From the NCBI GenBank assembly GCA_965223795.1, contig CBDCXL010000001.1:352001-416000 (forward strand): a stretch of DNA of 64,000 nt. The letters run 5' to 3'. The position numbers were made by a program, and so were the translations under genes. Every line of letters starts with the position of its first letter. Positions within the stretch are counted from its first letter, which is position 1. The notes below the pieces were generated by a model. The model saw only the letters and a list, made by a program, of their open reading frames with translations, was not told the DNA's origin and did not search any database. The stretch is from Nitrospinales bacterium (GTDB lineage Bacteria > Nitrospinota > Nitrospinia > Nitrospinales > VA-1). Positions 42,223-52,171 of this stretch are shown one piece after another.

Positions 42223-42828
42223 ATGCGTGCCTTTTACGTGATCGCTTTCGGACTTTTACTCATATTGGGCGCAGGTTGTGGCGGAGAGGACAAACCGGCG
42301 GCGAAGCCGGCCGCTTCCGCCTCGAAGCCAGCGCAGAAAAAACCGGCCGCCGCTCAACAAAGCGCGAAGCCACAGACCGCGCAGGCTCAAATCAACGCTG
42401 CGGAAAAGATGCCTTGCTCGCTGTTCAAGAAAGAGGAACTGGAGCAGCTTCTCGGTGCGCCCGTTCGGGCAATTCATTACAAACCGGAAAACATTTCCGA
42501 AAGCGGTTACGACTGGAAAGCGGAATCCTGCTTCTGGGAGCAGGAGGTGGGCGGCCTGACCCTGAAGGTGAGCCTGGGCAAACATTTTTTCGGCAAGGCC
42601 GTGGAATGCTATGAGCTGACCGGCAAACCGAAGGAACTCAAGGTCAACGGCCAGCCCGGCTGGTGGAAATTTTTCAACAGCGTGGGACGCGGTTCGCTGC
42701 GCGTCTGCGACACCTCCAAAGCGCTGGTGCAGGTGCAGCTCGAGCAGGAAGGCGGCGAAGAAAACGCACTGGAAACGAAAGCCGTCGATATCGTGAAAAA
42801 GACGCTCGAACGGGTGAAGAAAGGCTGA
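42223..42828 (+). CDS. Hypothetical lipoprotein
   Basis: Lipobox GAGC, Ala/Lys/Pro linker, PCSL…C domain. Confidence 0.7.
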   Translation: MRAFYVIAFGLLLILGAGCGGEDKPAAKPAASASKPAQKKPAAAQQSAKPQTAQAQINAAEKMPCSLFKKEELEQLLGAPVRAIHYKPENISESGYDWKAESCFWEQEVGGLTLKVSLGKHFFGKAVECYELTGKPKELKVNGQPGWWKFFNSVGRGSLRVCDTSKALVQVQLEQEGGEENALETKAVDIVKKTLERVKKG

Positions 42829-42833
42829 ACCCG

Positions 42834-43355
42834 TCAGCTCTCTCCCGCCTCGGAAAACTCCCCGCGAAAGCGCGCCACTCCGGAAAGACCGCCTGCTTCC
42901 GGTTTGCGTAATGTCAAAATCATGAATGCCGCCTCCGGCACGTCCCATTCACTGCGGATTCCGTAACGGCTCGCCGGTTCGAACCCGAATTTCGGATAAT
43001 ATTCCGGATGCCCCAGCACGAGGATGAAGGGCGTCCGCTTCGCCTGCAGCCGCTCGATGGCGGCGTTGATGAGTGCGGCGCCGATGCCCTGGCGCTGATA
43101 TTCGGGCAGCACGGACATGGGCGCGAGCGCCATGCCGTGAGCGGTGTTCCCGCGCCCCTCAACCGCGACCGGGCTGAACAGGATGTGTCCGACGATGCGC
43201 CCGCCCTGCAGGGCGACGAGAGACAGCCGGTCCGGGCAGCGCTCACGCAGGCGGTCGACGATGTCCGCTTCCTGTTTCTGACCGAACGCGCGTTCGTTCA
43301 CCTGCCGAATGGCCGCTTCATCCTGGGGTGTTTCTTCCCGAATCGAGAGCGTCAT
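42834..43355 (-). CDS. GNAT N-acetyltransferase (YhbS-like)
   Basis: IVGHILFS, LAPMSVLPEYQRQGIG, VLGHPEYYPKFGF. Confidence 0.9.
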   Translation of the reverse strand: MTLSIREETPQDEAAIRQVNERAFGQKQEADIVDRLRERCPDRLSLVALQGGRIVGHILFSPVAVEGRGNTAHGMALAPMSVLPEYQRQGIGAALINAAIERLQAKRTPFILVLGHPEYYPKFGFEPASRYGIRSEWDVPEAAFMILTLRKPEAGGLSGVARFRGEFSEAGES

Positions 43356-43646
43356 TTGCCAGCTCCACAGGCTTTGAATTTTCTGCCCCAAAAAAAGGCT
43401 TTTCCGAATTTCTTTTGCATGCCGAAAAATAGTCCGGTTGTGCTATATATTTTTACCTATGTTTTTGATACATTTGGCCTCTATTTAGAACGACCGTTCT
43501 TCCGATAACGCAAAAGAACGGCCGCACTCTTTCCCATCGAATAGTGGTTCTCACGCTATCCAAATTCCAAGAAATGAGCGCCCGCCGGCTGTTTTTGTGA
43601 ACGTTGTTCTCAGCCTTCTTTTTCCTGTGTTTGGGAGGGAAACCCG

Positions 43647-43928
43647 GTGCCGGATAAGATTAAAGATTGGATCAAATCCAAGAACGCCGACCTCGCCGCC
43701 AGCCCCGAATTGGATAAGCGCATGCAGAAAGCGGGACTCACGGGACGGGAACGGGAAATCTGCGTCCTGATCCGCAACGGGTTCAGCAATCAGGAGATCG
43801 CCTCCGGACTGGGAATCAGTCCGCACACGGTCAAGAATCATATCAGAAATATCCATCAGAAGCTCGATGTCCAGACACGCGCCAAGCTCGTCGCCCTGCT
43901 GAACAAACAGAGTCCGGATGCATCGTGA
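43647..43928 (+). CDS. LuxR-type HTH regulator (stand-alone)
   Basis: LTGREREI…GFSNQEIA…ISPHTVKNHIRNIHQKL. Confidence 0.88.
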   Translation: MPDKIKDWIKSKNADLAASPELDKRMQKAGLTGREREICVLIRNGFSNQEIASGLGISPHTVKNHIRNIHQKLDVQTRAKLVALLNKQSPDAS

Positions 43929-44082
43929 CTCGTTGAAGCAAACTGCCGGGGATCGTTTTTTATTGGTGACATCGTTGTCTCAAGGAAGAAGAGAAAAAAG
44001 AGGAAAATGGTCCGGGCGTGCTATTTCTTTCTTCGCGGCGTTTTGATACATTCGCGCTTCTTACCGACATGGGAATGGGAGC

Positions 44083-44196
44083 ATGGAACTCACAAACAGG
44101 AAGAAACCGCCTGAATGCAAGCTGTTCCTGGGCATGTTCTGGGGGCTGATGCTGGAGCTGCCGTTCTTTCTGCTGTTGTTCTACATTCTCTGGTAA
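44083..44196 (+). CDS. Putative 37-aa single-pass membrane peptide
   Basis: GGGAG RBS; MELTNRKKPPECKLFLGMFWGLMLELPFFLLLFYILW*. Confidence 0.45.
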   Translation: MELTNRKKPPECKLFLGMFWGLMLELPFFLLLFYILW

Positions 44197-44243
44197 GGTG
44201 AGACACGCCCGATAGGGCTAGAATTTTTTAAATCGAATTTCCG

Positions 44244-44468
44244 TTACGAAAGGGATTTCGAGACCAGCCAGTAAATGCAATAGCATTCGATTGCAAAAAA
44301 CATCACACTCATCAACACATCGTAGCCCACCCAAAACGCCGATGTGCGTTTGTATTCCGCTTTGACCTTCTTTCTATAATTTCCAGAAAATAGAATCCCC
44401 CAAATCCTATAAAAATATGGGATCGCTCCATTTATCTCTACGATCAGTTCATCAATGATCCCAAACAT
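44244..44468 (-). CDS. Small hypothetical membrane protein (low GC)
   Basis: GAGG RBS, directly downstream of the XRE gene, hydrophobic C-terminus. Confidence 0.5.
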   Translation of the reverse strand: MFGIIDELIVEINGAIPYFYRIWGILFSGNYRKKVKAEYKRTSAFWVGYDVLMSVMFFAIECYCIYWLVSKSLS

Positions 44469-44477
44469 TGAAGCCTC

Positions 44478-44888
44478 TCAACTTTTATCACCGCTCGCTT
44501 TTTCTTTCAGTCCTTTCTCCAACGCGTTCACGCGCGCTTCCAGGTTTTTGATTTTCTCCTGCTGCAGTTCGATGATGGTGTCCTTGGCCTGCAGCATTTC
44601 GTCGCGCCAGTTGACAGCGGGTTCGTTGCCCGAACGCTCGGTCTGCGGCGGGGCGGGCTCCTTCCCGGTCAGGAGCCAGGTTTCGGAAATGTCCAGCGCC
44701 TGAGCGAGCTTGAGCAGTGAGGCGAGGCTCGGGGTGGTCTTGCCGTTTTCCCAGTCGCTGATGTCGGGAGGATGGCAGCCGACCCGGACGGCCAGGTCCT
44801 TGGCCTTCAACCCCAGTTCTTTACGCCGGGTCACGATTCTGGAACCGATTGTGTTCACGTCGTTTGGGTAAAATTTATTAGAAATCAC
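44478..44888 (-). CDS. XRE/Cro-CI family HTH repressor
   Basis: IGSRIVTRRKELGL…LA…ISDWENGKTTPS…LAQALDISETWLLTG plus coiled-coil tail; start uncertain (44888 or about 44858). Confidence 0.85.
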   Translation of the reverse strand: MISNKFYPNDVNTIGSRIVTRRKELGLKAKDLAVRVGCHPPDISDWENGKTTPSLASLLKLAQALDISETWLLTGKEPAPPQTERSGNEPAVNWRDEMLQAKDTIIELQQEKIKNLEARVNALEKGLKEKASGDKS

Positions 44889-44917
44889 TTGACCAAAATT
44901 AGCCTAATTGCTAATAT
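44889..44917 (+). promoter_or_regulatory. Sigma70 promoter with overlapping palindromic operator
   Basis: TTGACC-17-TAATAT; AATTAG-C-CTAATT palindrome at 44897-44909. Confidence 0.7.
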
Positions 44918-45135
44918 TTGACGAGAAAACCCGCCGATCCGCCGCACCACGAGAGGGAGCTGTTTAAAGCTTTAAGGCCTCCAGCTTAGCACAGCCGCTC
45001 CCGCCTGTCAGCACCCGCAAAGTTAACCCAAAGGCTATATTTCGCAATTACAGGCATTTTCGGATTTCAAGATCACCGGAGTCCAGGAAGGACTTCCATT
45101 CAGGAGGGCGTCATTCCACCTTGGGAGGAAGCATC

Positions 45136-45375
45136 ATGTCTCGTTTCAAAGGGTTGGAAGCGCTGTTGGGACAACGGGTCACGCTGTTCTGCGTCAATTA
45201 CATCTACACGGGACGCCTGATGGCGGTGACCGCGACGTTCGCGTTCCTGACGGAACCGGAGGTCGTGTACGAAACCGGTCCGCTGGATTCGGAGCAGTGG
45301 AAGGACGCGGAGCCGCTGCCGGGCAACTGGTACGTGCGCCTGCTGTCGATCGAATCGTTCGGGGTGCTCAAATGA
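45136..45375 (+). CDS. Small phage-like protein with probable Sm/LSm-like fold
   Basis: GGAGG RBS; LEALLGQRVTLFCVNYIYTGRLMAV…FLTEP resembles the Sm1 pattern. Confidence 0.65.
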   Translation: MSRFKGLEALLGQRVTLFCVNYIYTGRLMAVTATFAFLTEPEVVYETGPLDSEQWKDAEPLPGNWYVRLLSIESFGVLK

Positions 45376-45524
45376 TGCGCCGGGCGCGCTGCAAGACCCG
45401 GGACGTGGCGCGGTACGCGTCGGGACGCCGCTCCTGGTGCGTGAGCGGATCGGGCCGCGGGCAAACGCTGAGGATGGTCTCGCTTTGCGGCGCGGGTTCG
45501 CGCTGGGGATCGTGGCTGGGGTGA
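45372..45524 (+). CDS. Small basic R/S/G/W-rich peptide
   Basis: ATGA overlap with the upstream stop; MMRRARCKTR…SGRRSW…GSRWGSWLG. Confidence 0.45.
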   Translation: MMRRARCKTRDVARYASGRRSWCVSGSGRGQTLRMVSLCGAGSRWGSWLG

Positions 45525-45525
45525 G

Positions 45526-45858
45526 TCAGTTGGCGCGGGCTTTCGTGCATTCGGCGCACTGGCACAGACGCCGCAGCAGTTCGTGCGGATAGAGCCCGGT
45601 GTCGTGGCCGTCGTTCCAGTAAAACTGAATGGCGTACAGGCCCACGGCCTTGAGGTTCACCGGCCGGATGGTGTCGGCCACCATGCCCGGCTTGAGCCGC
45701 CTCTCGCCGGTCCATTCGTCGATGCACTGGGCGCAGGGGCAGCTTTCCCGCAAATGCTTCACGGCATACACGGATTCGTGCCCGTCGGTCCAGGAGATGC
45801 CGAGTGTGGTCTCATCCACCTGGCGGATGTCTTTGGGTGAAGGTTTGTCTGCGTTCAC
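45526..45858 (-). CDS. DUF971/GBBH-like N-terminal domain protein
   Basis: ISWTDGHES…LRESCPCAQC…VGLYAIQFYWNDGHDTGLY. Confidence 0.88.
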   Translation of the reverse strand: MNADKPSPKDIRQVDETTLGISWTDGHESVYAVKHLRESCPCAQCIDEWTGERRLKPGMVADTIRPVNLKAVGLYAIQFYWNDGHDTGLYPHELLRRLCQCAECTKARAN

Positions 45859-45870
45859 GCGGTGCGTCCG

Positions 45871-46968
<1,098 letters not shown>

Positions 46969-47654
46969 TGGGTTGCTCCCCTGTTGAGTCTGGGTGTAAA
47001 ACCCGGTTCTTATTTGAAAATTCGTCTTATGATGTCGCCTTCTTCCCCTAAGATGGTTCTGCCCTCAAAAGGTTTTAAATAAAAATCACAGCCGGGTCAA
47101 CCTCACGGAACCGAAACAGACCGGTTCCTGCATTTCCGTTGAACGGATTCTGACAAACGGGCAGGCGCGTTTTTTTCAGATGCCCATAAAAAAGAAATTC
47201 GCGGCCAAAGCCCTTCCCCGCCAGGCGGATCGCCGGAACCCGCCATCTTTAAAGGGCCGGCGGCGATTTCGCGGCGGCGAAAAAAAAGTTTTGCCCTTGC
47301 TCGCAATGTCCATATATTGTATACATTTGATCTAATTCCACTATATGTGGGACGATAAATCATGTGAAATTTATGCTATTTACACCACTTCCCCTTTAAA
47401 TATCTGAATTTTAAGGTTAAGATGTGTTTTATCGCCCTGCCTCCGAATTTGTGGCGGTTTCATAAGGGTTCCGGCGGTCTTCCATTTTGCTGGAAATTTT
47501 GCAAGGATTTCACACCGGGCCGGGAACTCCATCAAGAGGCGGTTTCAATCCCGTTTTAAAACGAATTTTTTAATGAAAATGCAGAGCCCCCGCCGGGATT
47601 TTTTAGCAATGCCCGTCCGGAGCCCTCTGTTTAACTCGATCCTTCAACGATCCC

Positions 47655-49943
47655 ATGGCCACGGAAAAAGTTTCTGACATTCAGGTCGAACTGGAAAACC
47701 GGTTTCTGACCTACGCGCTCTCGACCATCGTTTCCCGCTCGCTGCCGGACGTGCGCGACGGCCTCAAGCCGATCCACCGCCGCATTCTGTACGCGATGGA
47801 CAGCATGGGCGTGAGTTCCGCGGCCAAGTACGTGAAATCCGCCAAGATCATCGGTGAGGTGCTCGGTAAGTACCACCCGCACGGCGACGCGTCGACGTAC
47901 GAGTCGATGGTGCGCATGGCGCAGGACTTTTCCCTGCGCTACCCGCTGGTGGACGGCAAGGGCAATTTCGGCTCGATCGACGGCGACGCGCCCGCCGCCT
48001 ACCGTTACACGGAAGGCCGGCTGCGCCTGATCAGCACCTTTCTGCTGAGCGACCTGAAAAAAGACACGGTCGATTTCCGGCAGAACTACGACAACACGCT
48101 GAAAGAGCCGGTGGTGCTGCCCTCGCGCGTGCCGAACCTGTTGATCAACGGCGCCGCGGGCATCGCGGTGGGCATGGCCTGCTCGTTTCCCAGCCACAAC
48201 GTGAAAGAAGTGGTGAACGCGCTGATGGCGCTGATCGACGAGCCGGACATGACGACGGCGCAGATCATGAAGCACATCAAGGGGCCGGATTTCCCCACCG
48301 GCGGCATTCTGCTGAACACCAAGACCGAACTCCGGCAGGCTTACGAGCAGGGTTCCGGAACGCTGAAGATCCGCGGCGAATGGAAGCTGGAAGAGCTGGC
48401 GCGCGGCAAGCGGCAGATCATCATCACGTCCATCCCGTACGGGGTGAACAAGGCGAAGATGATCGAAAAAATCGCCGAGGTCATCATCAACAAGAAGCTG
48501 CCGCCGCTGGTGGATGTGCGCGACGAGAGCGACGAGGCGATCCGGGTGGTGCTGGAAGTGAAAAACGGCGCCGAGCCGGAAAAGCTGATGACCTACCTGT
48601 TCAAGCACACGGACCTGGAAGCGAATTTTCAGCTCAATTTCACCTGTCTCAAGCCCAACGGCGAGCCGGACCGGCTGTCCCTCATCGAAATCTGCACGTT
48701 CTTCCTCGAATTCCGCAAAGAGGTGGTGACGCGGCGGCTGAAATACGAACTGGAGATCATCAACCGGCGGCTGCACATCCTGGAGGGCTTCGCGGCGATC
48801 TTCAACGATCTCGACCGGGCGCTGAAACTGATCCGCTCGTCTTCTTCCAGACAGGAAGCGCACGAAAAGTTAAAGAAAGGTTTCAAGCTCGACGACGAGC
48901 AGACCAGCGCGATCCTGGAAATTCCGCTCTACCGGCTGGTGTCGATGGAGATCGGCAAGATCCTCGAAGAGCAGAAAGAAAAGCTGAAAGAGAAAAAACG
49001 CATCGAGGGCATCCTCAAATCGGCGAAAAAGATCTGGAACGAGGTCAAAGGGGAACTCAAGGAGATTGTCGACGAATTCGGAGACAAGCGCATGACCAAG
49101 CTGGACGCGAAGGTCGTCGACAGCACCGAATACAACGTCGAGGATTTCATCGAGCACGAGGAAGTGATGCTGGTGCTCAGCAAAAACGGCTGGCTGAGGA
49201 AGCTCAAGGCGCAGACGGACCCCGATTCGCTCAAGTTCAAGGAAAACGACGCACTGATGGACGTGCTGAAGATCAACACCAAGGACCGGGTGGCGTTTTT
49301 CACCAGCCTGGGAACGGTGTATATCCAGAAGGTTTACGGTCTTCCCACCACGCACGCCAGAAGCTTTGGCGAGCCGATCCAGAACCTGTTCAAATTCGGC
49401 GACGGCGAGCGGGTGCTGCACATGATGTCGCTCGACGAACCGGAAGCAGCCGAACCGGCCCCCGCCAGGGGCAAGGGAAAAGCCAAGCAGCAGGCGCTCG
49501 ATTTCGAACAGGACGAACAGGGAGCGCGCGAGTTCATGGTCGCCAGCGCCTCGGGCATGGGATTCCGGTTCCGGCTCGATCAGGATTCGGAAACGACGCG
49601 CTCCGGCAGGAAGATCATGACGCTCAAACAGGGCGACCGCATGGTGGCCGTCGCGCCGGTGACCGGCAAGCATGTGTTCCTGGCTTCGGAGAGCGGCAAG
49701 GGCATGCGGGTGGCCACCGATCAGATCACACAGTTGACAGGAACCGGAAAGGGCGTCAAGCTGATGAAGCTGGTCGATTCCGAGCTGGCCGGATTCAAGT
49801 TCGTCGACAAAAAAGACAAGATCACCCTCATCTTCGACAAGGGCAAGCCCAAGGAGCTGAAGGCGAAGGACGTTCCCGAATACAACCGCGGCACGCAGGG
49901 CGTCATCCTGGCGAAACGCAAAAAGATCGTGGATATTGAATGA
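47655..49943 (+). CDS. parC: Type IIA topoisomerase subunit A, probably topoisomerase IV
   Basis: [33 protein letters not shown]; short CTD with no GyrA-box. Confidence 0.85.
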   Translation: MATEKVSDIQVELENRFLTYALSTIVSRSLPDVRDGLKPIHRRILYAMDSMGVSSAAKYVKSAKIIGEVLGKYHPHGDASTYESMVRMAQDFSLRYPLVDGKGNFGSIDGDAPAAYRYTEGRLRLISTFLLSDLKKDTVDFRQNYDNTLKEPVVLPSRVPNLLINGAAGIAVGMACSFPSHNVKEVVNALMALIDEPDMTTAQIMKHIKGPDFPTGGILLNTKTELRQAYEQGSGTLKIRGEWKLEELARGKRQIIITSIPYGVNKAKMIEKIAEVIINKKLPPLVDVRDESDEAIRVVLEVKNGAEPEKLMTYLFKHTDLEANFQLNFTCLKPNGEPDRLSLIEICTFFLEFRKEVVTRRLKYELEIINRRLHILEGFAAIFNDLDRALKLIRSSSSRQEAHEKLKKGFKLDDEQTSAILEIPLYRLVSMEIGKILEEQKEKLKEKKRIEGILKSAKKIWNEVKGELKEIVDEFGDKRMTKLDAKVVDSTEYNVEDFIEHEEVMLVLSKNGWLRKLKAQTDPDSLKFKENDALMDVLKINTKDRVAFFTSLGTVYIQKVYGLPTTHARSFGEPIQNLFKFGDGERVLHMMSLDEPEAAEPAPARGKGKAKQQALDFEQDEQGAREFMVASASGMGFRFRLDQDSETTRSGRKIMTLKQGDRMVAVAPVTGKHVFLASESGKGMRVATDQITQLTGTGKGVKLMKLVDSELAGFKFVDKKDKITLIFDKGKPKELKAKDVPEYNRGTQGVILAKRKKIVDIE

Positions 49944-49999
49944 AAAACGCCCATAAAAGGCGCACTTTGAATAACGCTATCAACCCAACACCCTAAAAC

Positions 50000-51892
50000 A
50001 TGGCAACCAGCTACAAAGCGGAAGACATTCAGGTTCTGGAAGGTCTGGACCCGGTGCGCAAGCGGCCGGGGATGTACATCGGGTCCACCTCGGCGACGGG
50101 ACTGCACCATTTGTTGTGGGAAATCCTCGACAACTCGGTGGACGAGGCGCTGAACGGACACTGCGATTCGATCGAAATCGTGCTCGATAAAGACCACGGC
50201 GTCACCATCAAGGACAACGGCCGCGGCATTCCGGTGGACCAGTTCCGCAAGACCAAAAAAAGCGCCATGGAGATCCTGTTCACCACGCTGCATTCGGGCG
50301 GCAAGTTCGGCCAGGGCAATTACAAGGTGTCCGGCGGACTGCACGGCGTGGGCATGGCGGTGGTCTGCGCCCTGTCGGAAACGCTGAAGGCCACGTCGCG
50401 CCGCGAAGGGTTCGAATGGACCCAGTCTTATGCGCGCGGTAAGCCCACCACCAAGCTGAAAAAAGGCAAGGCGGTACGGGCTTACGGCACGACGGTGTAC
50501 TTCAAGCCGGATAAAAAGATCTTTCCCAAAGTCGAGTTCAACACCAAATGGATTTTAGAGCGGGCGGAGGCCAAGGCGTTTCTCAATAAGGGCCTGAAGA
50601 TCGTCGTCCAGGCGGACGGCAAGAAGCAGACGTTCCAGTACCCGCAGGGGATCAAGGATTACATCCAGAAGATCGTCAACGGCCAGCCCGCACTGATGGA
50701 GGAGCCGTTCTACATCGAAAAGGACGACAAGCACCTGCGCGTGGAAACCGCGTTCGTGTGGACGTCCAGCACGGACACCAACATCCTCTCCTACGCCAAC
50801 TCCATCCGCACGGTGGACGGCGGCTCGCACGAAAACGGGTTCCGCAACGGCATCACCAAGGCGCTGCGCGCCTACATCGAGCGGCGCAGCCTGCTGCCGA
50901 AGGGCATCTCCAGCATCACCAGCGACGACGTGAAGGAAGGACTCACGGCGATCGTCAATGTCTACCTGCAAGGGGAAGTGGAGTTTCAGGGGCAGACCAA
51001 GGGCCGGCTCAATTCGGACATCACCTCGCAGGTGGAGTCGGTGGTCAAGCACTCGCTGGAGCATTACCTGCACGATCACCAGACCCAGGGCGACACCATC
51101 GCCAACCGCATCGTGCTGGCGGCGCAGGCCCGGGTGGCCTCGCGCCAGGCCAAGGAAGCGGTGCAGCGCAAGACCAACATCTCGCACCGGCTCAATCTGC
51201 CGGGCAAGCTGTCGGACTGCGCCACGGTGGATAAAAACCAGGCGGAGCTGTTCATCTGCGAAGGCGATTCGGCGGGCGGTTCCAGCAAGCAGGCGCGCGA
51301 CCGCAAGACGCAGGCCATCCTGCCGATCCGCGGCAAGATCCTCAACGTGGAAACGGCGACGATGGTGAAGACGCTGGCCAACAACGAGATTCAGAACATC
51401 GTTTCCGCCATCGGCACGGGCATCCAGCCGAAATTCGATTACAAGAAACTGCGCTACGGCAAGATCATCATCATGACCGACGCGGACGTGGACGGCGCGC
51501 ACATCTGCACGCTGCTGTTGACGTTCTTTTACCGCTACATGCCCGAACTGATCGAAAAAGGACACCTCTACATCGCGCAGCCGCCGCTGTACCGCATCGA
51601 CGCGGGCAAAAAACTGTTCTACGCCGTGGACGACAAGCAGCGCGACGACATCATCGAAAAGCTCAACGGCTCGAAATACGACGTCGGCCGGTTCAAGGGG
51701 CTCGGCGAGATGCCGCCGGCGGACCTCAAGCAGACCACGATGGACAAGAAATCCCGCTCGCTCATCCGCGTGACGATCGACGACATGGACTCGGCCCAGG
51801 AGACCTTCGGCCGGCTCATGGGCAAGGACTCCGAGCCGCGTTTCCGTTTCATCAAGGAAAAGGCGGTGTTCGTTCAGGATCTGGACGTCTGA
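50000..51892 (+). CDS. parE: Type IIA topoisomerase subunit B, probably topoisomerase IV
   Basis: VRKRPGMYIG, EILDNSVDE, GGLHGVG, EGDSAGG, PIRGKILN, TDADVDG. Confidence 0.85.
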   Translation: MATSYKAEDIQVLEGLDPVRKRPGMYIGSTSATGLHHLLWEILDNSVDEALNGHCDSIEIVLDKDHGVTIKDNGRGIPVDQFRKTKKSAMEILFTTLHSGGKFGQGNYKVSGGLHGVGMAVVCALSETLKATSRREGFEWTQSYARGKPTTKLKKGKAVRAYGTTVYFKPDKKIFPKVEFNTKWILERAEAKAFLNKGLKIVVQADGKKQTFQYPQGIKDYIQKIVNGQPALMEEPFYIEKDDKHLRVETAFVWTSSTDTNILSYANSIRTVDGGSHENGFRNGITKALRAYIERRSLLPKGISSITSDDVKEGLTAIVNVYLQGEVEFQGQTKGRLNSDITSQVESVVKHSLEHYLHDHQTQGDTIANRIVLAAQARVASRQAKEAVQRKTNISHRLNLPGKLSDCATVDKNQAELFICEGDSAGGSSKQARDRKTQAILPIRGKILNVETATMVKTLANNEIQNIVSAIGTGIQPKFDYKKLRYGKIIIMTDADVDGAHICTLLLTFFYRYMPELIEKGHLYIAQPPLYRIDAGKKLFYAVDDKQRDDIIEKLNGSKYDVGRFKGLGEMPPADLKQTTMDKKSRSLIRVTIDDMDSAQETFGRLMGKDSEPRFRFIKEKAVFVQDLDV

Positions 51893-52171
51893 GCCCGCAT
51901 ATCGGCCCTCCCCGCTTTATCCTCCTGGCGAAAAAAACCTCTGAAAATCCCCCTGTTGCTCCTGAAATCTCCTTCTCAAAAGACCCTTTCCGGCCCGCCA
52001 TGCATATTTACCTTAACTGTGAAGCATATTATCCAAAACCCCATTAAAGCTAATAAAATCAATAATGTTTTTGATTGCTCCTTCCCATTTCGCCTTGAGT
52101 TTTTACCCGCAAGACGGTACACTGAGTCTTTAAACCCCTAATAATAGACGACTTTTTCACTCATCCGATAA

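Noticed and set aside
43400..45524. Intact prophage or integrative element
   Set aside because: No integrase, att-like repeat, tRNA target or structural genes; at most a remnant
46970..47650. Replication origin in the AT-rich gap before the topoisomerase genes
   Set aside because: No cluster of DnaA boxes (TTATCCACA) found by eye and no dnaA/dnaN nearby; more likely divergent promoters
47655..51892. Calling the pair gyrA/gyrB
   Set aside because: No GyrA-box (QxRGGxG) and a short CTD favour topoisomerase IV, though not proven
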